Assembly (NCBI GenBank): GCA_964506755.1
Contig: CAZDMH010000012.1
Coordinates: forward strand, 83,061-147,060
DNA length: 64,000 nt
Direction: 5' to 3'
Source of the DNA: an uncultured Spirochaetales bacterium
GTDB lineage: Bacteria > Spirochaetota > Spirochaetia > DAHUYW01
The translations under genes and the position numbers were made by a program. Position 1 is the stretch's first letter; every line of letters begins with the position of its first letter. The notes under the pieces were generated by a model. That model was not told the DNA's origin. It did no database searches and saw nothing but the letters and a program-made list of their open reading frames with translations. This document shows positions 57,839-64,000 of the stretch, in pieces.

Positions 57839-59121
57839 GGGTTCGCCTCCCCATAGAAATAGAAGTCTACTGCACCTGCATCGGTCGCCTTCGTGTCGTC
57901 GAACGGCAACCCCACCGCAAGGGCCGACCCGGAAACGGCCACCGACAGCCCGGGAAAGGTCGCGAGGTAGCTCCCCTGCGCCTTCTCTGTGAACGCGAAC
58001 TGCTGGCGTTGAATCCAGCCCGAGCTCACCGGCAGGAAGGTGTACACCGCGCCGCGCTCGCCGGCAGCGGTGTAACCCGGCGCCGCCACAATCAGGTGAT
58101 CGACGCTGAGTGCCAAAGACGCACCGAGAAGGTCGGTTACCGACCCCCCCGCAGCCGTCAGGGCAGCCGGCGTCGACCAAGTCGTACCCTCTTGCGGAAA
58201 GAAATAGACGGTCGAAGTACCGGGAGCTCCGGCCGCAGCGCCGAAGCCGGAAACAATGGCCACAGAATATCCGATCCCACTCAACGCAGTCGCTTTCGAA
58301 GAAGTCAACTCAGCCGTGTAGCTCCAGGTGACACCGGACCGGGTGTATACAAGCGCTCCTCCCCGTCCCGATGCCCTGCCGCGGGCGCCCACGGCGAGCA
58401 GACCACCGTCCATTGCCAAAGCGCCGCCGAACTTGTCGGAGCTCGCAGGCGATGGGGCGGTCGTGGCTCCCGTAAAGCCCCACATTTCGGGGCCCAGTTG
58501 GTCTTTGTAGAAGAACTCTATCTTTCCCTGGTTCGTTTGATAGGCCGGATCACCCACGGCGATGTAGTCACCGCCGATTGCCACCGCGGCACCGAAGTTT
58601 TCGGAATTCAACGTGCTGTTGCTCTTGAGCTCTTTGATCTCTGCCCAGCTGCTGCCATCCCATTTCAGCACGTAGGCTGCACCCTCGGTGCCGGGATCTC
58701 CGGTAACGTCGGCGTACGGTGCCCCGACGACAGCGTAGTTGCCGGAGATGGCGACCGCCGTACCGTATCCAGCGAAGTTGGCTTGGTCGCTCGCAACCAG
58801 CCGTGCCCTGCGTATCCAACCCGACGTGCCGTGCTGGAAGAGATAGACTGCGCCTGCGGAGGATCCTCCGTCGTTCGTCGACCCGATGATGGCCCACTCG
58901 CCGTCCACGGCAACTGCATGGTTGGGGAGGTTGTTGACGTCTCCTCCGAATGAATAGTCGGCTCCGGCGTTCGAGCCGGCGTCAACAGTGTTTTCCTGCC
59001 TCCAGATCGTTGTCCCTGCGTATGTCCGTGCAGTGGTTCGGATGAAGGTGTTCTCGCATGCGGCGAATAGGACAGCGGCAGCGGCTATTGCTAGAAGAGT
59101 GTATCCGAAGCCTCGCATCAC
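57835..59121 (-). CDS. FG-GAP repeat (integrin-alpha-like beta-propeller) lipoprotein
   Basis: Lipobox LFAAC; repeated F-G/G-A-P-like blades (FAGYGTAVAISGNYAVVGAPY; FGAAVAIGGDYIAVGDP; FGGALAMDGGLLAVGA). Start overlaps the upstream stop (GTGATG/TGA). Confidence 0.6.
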   Translation of the reverse strand: MMRGFGYTLLAIAAAAVLFAACENTFIRTTARTYAGTTIWRQENTVDAGSNAGADYSFGGDVNNLPNHAVAVDGEWAIIGSTNDGGSSAGAVYLFQHGTSGWIRRARLVASDQANFAGYGTAVAISGNYAVVGAPYADVTGDPGTEGAAYVLKWDGSSWAEIKELKSNSTLNSENFGAAVAIGGDYIAVGDPAYQTNQGKIEFFYKDQLGPEMWGFTGATTAPSPASSDKFGGALAMDGGLLAVGARGRASGRGGALVYTRSGVTWSYTAELTSSKATALSGIGYSVAIVSGFGAAAGAPGTSTVYFFPQEGTTWSTPAALTAAGGSVTDLLGASLALSVDHLIVAAPGYTAAGERGAVYTFLPVSSGWIQRQQFAFTEKAQGSYLATFPGLSVAVSGSALAVGLPFDDTKATDAGAVDFYFYGEANP

Positions 59122-61253
59122 TCCTCCTCCCAGAGGGCTTGTCCCCTGTCGGCCGCATTCGCCGCGCGAGTTCCCTCGTCGGCAACAGCAAGGTCAAGGT
59201 ATGCGAACTTCTCCGCCAATGCCGGCGCGGTACCTTTCAGCTTTCCGAACGCCGCAGAGGCCCTGCCGTAGTCCTCCGTTTCGTATTCCACTCGCGCGAT
59301 ACCGAGAAGAACCGAGGGATTGTCGGGCGAGGCCTTGCCGGCCCGCTCGTAGTAGCTGCGGGCCGTGTCGTAGTCCCCGTCGAGGAAGGCGATCATCGCC
59401 AGATTGAGGAGCGCCGGAACGTACTCGTTCTTGGCAACCACCGCTTCGAGCACCGCCCGTGCCTGCTCGGTCCTTCCGAAGCGGGCATACAAGACCCCGA
59501 GGCGATTCGCTGTCGTGGGTGAGTCGCGCCGCGCGAGCTCGGATTTCAGAGCCCGTTCTCGCGAGAAGATCTCGGTGTCCACGAGTCTGCGTGTTTCCTG
59601 CTCGAAGCTAGGCAGAAGCTGCTTCTCGGAGGGAGGGCCGATTTGCGGAAGATCGCCTGCGCCGCTCGCCGAGTCGGAAAACCAAACCGGCTCATAGACC
59701 GACCATGACGATCGGATCGGGATCAGCTTCGCTCGACCCGGAGTGACATTTTCGTTCCATTCTGCCGCTCCCGTCTTCCATGCCTTGAGGAAACCGCCTG
59801 AAAGGAGCGTGGTCTCGACCGGCATCCAAGCGGTGTCGCCAATAATTATGAGGTCGGCTTTGTTGTTGAAAACTCGGACCGCCTCTTCGGGTGGGAGCGC
59901 CAACGCGACCGCCGAGTAGATGTGACCGGGGATGGTTATGAAGGCCGTTTCCACGCCGAGCGACTGCAAAAGTGAGGTAAAAAGGATCGATAGGTCGTCA
60001 CAGTCTCCCGCACCGTACTGCAGGGTCTGACGCGGAAACTGGAGGTAGTCAATGAGGGCTGCGTTCGCGCTGAACTGCTCGTAGGAGCTCGAAGGGTCGA
60101 TCTCATAGTTGACCCCGAACAGGGCGAGCGATTGGAAGATCCCTACGGCGGCAACGAGATTCCGGTCGAGCGCTGCACTTGCATAGGGTCTGATCGTGCT
60201 CGAGACGTTCTTGGCAAATCGGAGAACGACCGGGTCCTTCGCCGTTACGAAGGACGACGCCTTGCGATCGTCGTCCCAGGTCATCGCATTTCTGTCGTAG
60301 ATGCGAATGGAGTCCACCGTCTGGTTCAGGTAGGCGGCCCCTCCCACCTGGGAGTTGAGCGAGATGTTCGCGGAAGCTTTCGTTGTCTCGAAGATGTCGA
60401 GGAGCTTGTTGGAAAAGAGCGCATAGAGGGGGATCTGGCGTGTCTCCCCAGGCGCGAGCTTGTCGATCACCGGGCTCTCCTTTGGATTCTCCATGAACTC
60501 GCCAACGTAGAAGCTCGCGGTTATGCGCTCGATCGGGCGGCTTCCCCTGTTGCGGACCGTGACGACGCCGAGTGGATGATCGTCATAGTATTTATAGAAG
60601 ACCGGAAATATGTTCTCGAGCCTCAGGTCGAGGAGCTCGAGGTCCTTGTTGGGAGCGATTCGCTCACCTGAAGCGCGCCGCTGCGGCCGAAGCGACGCGG
60701 ACAACGAAATTGCCAGGCCCTGAGTCATCCCGAGGAAGGTTCGGTACGAGACTGCTGCACCGATGGCGAAGGAGGGGATGAGATCGTAGGTGATAGACGC
60801 TGTGGCGAGCAGAACTGGATTGGAAGAGATCGGCGCGGTATCGGCCGATGCTGCCCAAAGTGGGTTGTCCTGATTGTACACTGCTCCGAAATACCCCCCG
60901 CCAACCGACGCCTCGAGCTGGAGGGAGGGGAGGGGCCGCAACGCGAGGCCCGCGAGGAGTGCCAGATAGACCGACGACACGGAGCGTTGAAAACCAAAAT
61001 CGGGGAGCACCTTTACACCGAAATAGTCGTACGCGCCCTCCAGTCCGAGATATAACTGACGCGTGACGGTATAGGCGGCGCCGAAGGAGGTGCCGCCGCC
61101 CGGGCTGTAGAGTTGGGCATCGGCTCCGAGCGGCAGGCTCATGGTGGGGCGCAGGTAGAACGCGAGAGGTGCGTCTACGTCGTTGGATTTGTTCTGTGCA
61201 AAACTCAGAGAGCCGAGGAGAAGCAGAGAAAGAATAGCCGTGGCCGTCCTCAT
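59118..61253 (-). CDS. Secreted transglutaminase-like (Cys-His core) protein with N-terminal beta-rich domain and C-terminal TPR repeats
   Basis: Signal peptide MRTATAILSLLLLGSLSFAQ; transglutaminase-core motif YGAGDCDDLSILFTSLLQSLGV...GHIYSAV; C-terminal TPR-like helices (NLAMIAFLDGDYDTARSYYERAGKASPDNP). Confidence 0.6.
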   Translation of the reverse strand: MRTATAILSLLLLGSLSFAQNKSNDVDAPLAFYLRPTMSLPLGADAQLYSPGGGTSFGAAYTVTRQLYLGLEGAYDYFGVKVLPDFGFQRSVSSVYLALLAGLALRPLPSLQLEASVGGGYFGAVYNQDNPLWAASADTAPISSNPVLLATASITYDLIPSFAIGAAVSYRTFLGMTQGLAISLSASLRPQRRASGERIAPNKDLELLDLRLENIFPVFYKYYDDHPLGVVTVRNRGSRPIERITASFYVGEFMENPKESPVIDKLAPGETRQIPLYALFSNKLLDIFETTKASANISLNSQVGGAAYLNQTVDSIRIYDRNAMTWDDDRKASSFVTAKDPVVLRFAKNVSSTIRPYASAALDRNLVAAVGIFQSLALFGVNYEIDPSSSYEQFSANAALIDYLQFPRQTLQYGAGDCDDLSILFTSLLQSLGVETAFITIPGHIYSAVALALPPEEAVRVFNNKADLIIIGDTAWMPVETTLLSGGFLKAWKTGAAEWNENVTPGRAKLIPIRSSWSVYEPVWFSDSASGAGDLPQIGPPSEKQLLPSFEQETRRLVDTEIFSRERALKSELARRDSPTTANRLGVLYARFGRTEQARAVLEAVVAKNEYVPALLNLAMIAFLDGDYDTARSYYERAGKASPDNPSVLLGIARVEYETEDYGRASAAFGKLKGTAPALAEKFAYLDLAVADEGTRAANAADRGQALWEEE

Positions 61254-61525
61254 ACGATCGCTCCTTCTCAGCCGAAGATGGGGATCACTGATGACTTACG
61301 TGCCGAACAGCTGGCAAAATCTTACCATCTCGCTCTCGTAGAATCAACAAATTAAAAAATCCAATTATCTCAGCGTTCGATCCGGGCGGCGTGTGCGATC
61401 GCCGGCGGGAGATTCCGCTGACGATGAAATTGCTTAACAAAATTTAAGCACCGAGAGCAATGACCGGTGCAACATCCCTCAAATAGGCAATTCCGCCCTT
61501 GACGGCACTCTCGGGCGGGCTGACA

Positions 61526-64000
61526 ATGCAAAGGCAAGGCGAGCAAAGTAGGCTGATGGAGAGCGATTCACGTTCATATCAGCTTGAGCCGCTGGAGCCC
61601 CGACTTCTGCTTTCTGCGACGCTACTCCTTGACGAAGCGGTGGTAGCAGCTGACCAAGCAGTGGAAGGTCTCGTAGCAGATCTCAGCTACGAGGCAGAAG
61701 ACCAGGCAATCCGTGCAAACCAAGATGTCTCGGCTTACGTCCCCCTAGCGGAACAGGAAGGTCTATTCGCCGGAGTCGATCCGGCGTCCGACGAACCGCG
61801 GGATGAGCCTCAAGGGACCGAGATCCAGCCCACTGCCGAACTGTCCGAGCGCAATGACTCCCAATCTCTGACGCAAGATCCTGCTCAGGAGCAAACGCCC
61901 GCTGCCTTCCAAGACGGACAAACTGATTCAACTGAACAGATGATCGATACTCTACACGCAGCGCAACCTCCTCCGTTGGGCGTGCTGAGCTACGAGACGC
62001 AGCCTGGGTCCAACGATTTGGTGCTGCGGCTGCAACAAGAAGATCCGCGCATCCTCGAGCTGTTCGACAACGATGCGGGCCAGGTTGTGGCGCAGGCACC
62101 CATTGCCGACCTCGAAAGGGTCGATTTGATCGGTTCGGACAACGGCGACGACCTGCTGACGATAGATTTCTCTCGACCCTTCTGGATCGAGGGGGGGATC
62201 AATTTCGACGGCGGCGAGGGCTGGTACGACAGTCTGGTCCTGCAGGGCGACGATGCCGTCGGTATTCACTACACAGCCATCGGGAGCGATTCCGGCACGG
62301 TGCGGTTGAGTGAGGGTTCCGTTGCGACCGAGATCCGCTTCTCGGGTCTAGAACCGGTCGACGTCAGCGGCTTTGCTTCATATACCTTCAGTACGAGCAA
62401 CTATCCGGACCTGTACCCCGTTGACCTCTACCCCTCCGGAGTTCCGACGGACCTCTCCGGAGTGGACAACATCCTCATTGACAGTCCCGCTGCGGGGCAG
62501 AATCGTATTTCGGGCACGAGCGGTGGCTATCCCTTCGAAGAGGTCACCTTTTCGAGCGGACAGAGCCTCGTAATTGACCTGGGTACGAACGATACCGTCG
62601 ACAGCAATGCGGACTCGGTTACCCTCAGCCCTGACGGCTTTGTCGCCGCGGGGTTGCAGAATGTGACAATTCGTACCGGCCTCGGAGACGATACGATCGA
62701 GATAGCCGCGACCAGTCTCGATCTTCCGGTGGCAGGCGGAGGGCTGAGCATCGACACGGGCGACGGGAACGATCACGTCGTATTTTCCGGGCCGTCGCTG
62801 CCGAGCGCCTCAGCCGAAATCTCGGGGATCGACCTGGGAGCGGGGATGGACACCCTCGATCTCAGCGGGGTGACCACGAACCTCACCTTCTCGGTGCAGG
62901 TTGACGGCAGCGTCTCGGTCGATGACGGAATCGTCATTCTTGGCGGCATCGCGGGTGCAGACAACGTCATAGGTGGAACAGCATTCAACACCTTTGCATT
63001 CGAAGACGGAGCACAGCTCGCCGGCACCGTCGATGGGCCGGGGGCCACCGTACTCGACTACAGCGGGTATACGACGCCTGTCACGGTGAGCCCGTTTGTG
63101 GAGTCGGCGACGGGAACGGCCGGGGTCACGCGCGTCGCGGCAGTAGTCGGCGGCGAAGCTTCGGATACTATTGTAGGTCCCGCAGCAGGGGCGATTTGGA
63201 CGCTCGATGGCGACGGCAGCGGAAACGTCGCCGGGGTGGCGTTCAGCAGTATCGAGATCGCCGAAGGGATCGGGCCGCTTGACACACTCGTAGGTCCGGG
63301 GAGCAACACCGGCTGGGCGGTCGACGGTGCAAATGCGCTGACAGTCGCAGGTATGGCATTCACAGGAGTGCAGAGCGTCGCCGCCGGATCATGGGTCGAC
63401 ACGATTGTAGGCCCTGATGCGGGCTCCAGCTGGATACTGAATGGAACGAACGCACTCGCCGTCGCGGGCATCGCGTTCACGGGTGTAGAGGCAGTTGTCG
63501 CGGGCACAGGTTTCGACACGGTGGTTGGCTCAGCAGATGGAGCCACCTGGGCCCTCGATTCGGCAGGCGCCGTCACGGTCGCGGGCATTGCTTTCTCTAA
63601 TGTTGATTTGGTGGACTCACGCGGCGTTGGAGACAGCCTGGTTGGTCCTGTGGGAGGCACGACTTGGACGATTACCGGTTCCGATGCCGGTAACGCGGCA
63701 GGCGTCAACTTCAGCGGAATCGAGAATCTGAGCGGTGGCGCAGCCGCCGATGTTTTTGTCTTTGAGGGAGGAAACATCAGTGGTATTGTCGACGGCGGGC
63801 AGGGAATTGACGTTCTTGACTACTCCACCGCAGGGGTCGGGGCTGACGTTGACTTTGTGATCGGGACTGCGACGGCCGCTGGAGGGATTACCGGCGTCGA
63901 AGAAGCTCGGTTCGGGGTCGGGGCACTCGCGGCGTCATCCGTCCCGGCGAGCTCGGTCACCCTTGATCTTGCCGCCGCGAGCGGCGACCTGTGGGTCAGG
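61526..64000 (+). CDS. Large acidic secreted-type repeat protein with degenerate RTX-like (GGxGxDxL) motifs and 39-aa tandem repeats; 3' end beyond the window (partial)
   Basis: Not in ORF track because it has no in-window stop. Verified stop-free in frame from TAG at 61484-86 to nt 64000 (at least 815 codons). Candidate starts are ATG 61526 (GGGCGGG upstream) or ATG 61556 (MESDSRSYQLEPLEP...). No N-terminal signal peptide; pI strongly acidic. Motifs TGLGDDTIEIAA, DTGDGNDHVVFSG, DLGAGMDTLDLSG, IENLSGGAAADVFVFEGG. Confidence 0.6.
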   Translation, partial: MQRQGEQSRLMESDSRSYQLEPLEPRLLLSATLLLDEAVVAADQAVEGLVADLSYEAEDQAIRANQDVSAYVPLAEQEGLFAGVDPASDEPRDEPQGTEIQPTAELSERNDSQSLTQDPAQEQTPAAFQDGQTDSTEQMIDTLHAAQPPPLGVLSYETQPGSNDLVLRLQQEDPRILELFDNDAGQVVAQAPIADLERVDLIGSDNGDDLLTIDFSRPFWIEGGINFDGGEGWYDSLVLQGDDAVGIHYTAIGSDSGTVRLSEGSVATEIRFSGLEPVDVSGFASYTFSTSNYPDLYPVDLYPSGVPTDLSGVDNILIDSPAAGQNRISGTSGGYPFEEVTFSSGQSLVIDLGTNDTVDSNADSVTLSPDGFVAAGLQNVTIRTGLGDDTIEIAATSLDLPVAGGGLSIDTGDGNDHVVFSGPSLPSASAEISGIDLGAGMDTLDLSGVTTNLTFSVQVDGSVSVDDGIVILGGIAGADNVIGGTAFNTFAFEDGAQLAGTVDGPGATVLDYSGYTTPVTVSPFVESATGTAGVTRVAAVVGGEASDTIVGPAAGAIWTLDGDGSGNVAGVAFSSIEIAEGIGPLDTLVGPGSNTGWAVDGANALTVAGMAFTGVQSVAAGSWVDTIVGPDAGSSWILNGTNALAVAGIAFTGVEAVVAGTGFDTVVGSADGATWALDSAGAVTVAGIAFSNVDLVDSRGVGDSLVGPVGGTTWTITGSDAGNAAGVNFSGIENLSGGAAADVFVFEGGNISGIVDGGQGIDVLDYSTAGVGADVDFVIGTATAAGGITGVEEARFGVGALAASSVPASSVTLDLAAASGDLWVR
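63173..63757 (+). repeat. Five tandem 117-bp (39-codon) in-frame repeats inside the RTX-like ORF
   Basis: Repeat units start at 63173, 63290, 63407, 63524 and 63641 (exact 117-nt period). Consensus VGPxxGxxWxLDGxxAxxVAGxAFxGVExVxxGxxxDTL, each ending in a GxxxDT(L/I/V)VG nonapeptide-like element. Confidence 0.6.

Noticed and set aside
61683-63777. Several minus-strand ORFs (138, 105, 132, 76, 91, 239 aa) across the right end of the window
   Set aside because: All are antisense to the continuous stop-free plus-strand RTX-like frame. The repetitive Pro/Ala/Thr-rich 239-aa ORF simply mirrors the plus-strand tandem repeats.
1-64000. Search for CRISPR arrays, tRNA/rRNA genes, integrases/transposases, toxin-antitoxin pairs or known phage-defence gene signatures
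   Set aside because: No short direct-repeat/spacer arrays, no cloverleaf-like tRNA candidates obvious by eye, and no ORF with recombinase, transposase, nuclease/helicase-defence or TA-like motifs were seen. The window appears to be core chromosomal, surface and metabolism-rich DNA rather than a mobile or defence island.

Overview
High-GC (~62%) bacterial chromosomal window, probably from a diderm (Gram-negative-type) organism. Many products have lipoboxes, signal peptides, C-terminal aromatic beta-barrel ends and a LolA-like/FtsX/ABC module. I did not see CRISPR arrays, rRNA/tRNA genes, integrases, transposases or recognisable phage-defence genes. Gene content, in order: (i) a partial class III adenylate cyclase and a cytochrome b561; (ii) a 1436-aa fusion of two HgdC/BadF-type activase ATPase domains with an HgdB/DUF2229-like domain, followed by an MFS transporter, RpiB and a large NAD-specific glutamate dehydrogenase; (iii) FMN-binding protein, GNAT and carbon-nitrogen hydrolase; (iv) a membrane sensor adenylate cyclase followed by a long run of secreted, lipoprotein and outer-membrane-like proteins of unknown function, and a UPF0182-like polytopic protein; (v) a CUT1-type sugar ABC uptake locus with glycerophosphodiester phosphodiesterase, PfkB kinase and a DeoR-C-like protein; (vi) an Fe(3+)/AfuABC-like ABC importer; (vii) an OMP + LolA-like + 2 FtsX permeases + ABC ATPase module; (viii) a three-gene, translationally overlapped surface operon (transglutaminase-like/TPR, FG-GAP lipoprotein, 1.1-kaa PKD/beta-barrel protein) divergent from a long open-ended ORF, absent from the ORF track, that encodes an acidic RTX-like protein with 39-aa tandem repeats. 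Three likely gene remnants were found: an ABC-2 ATPase C-terminal fragment abutting a methyltransferase gene, a radical-SAM N-terminus with Cys->Arg in the CxxxCxxC motif, and an alpha/beta hydrolase lacking its HGGG and GxSxG motifs. ORF-track 'M' starts are sometimes TTG/GTG codons. All functional calls rest on motif and domain recognition by eye; no database search was possible.
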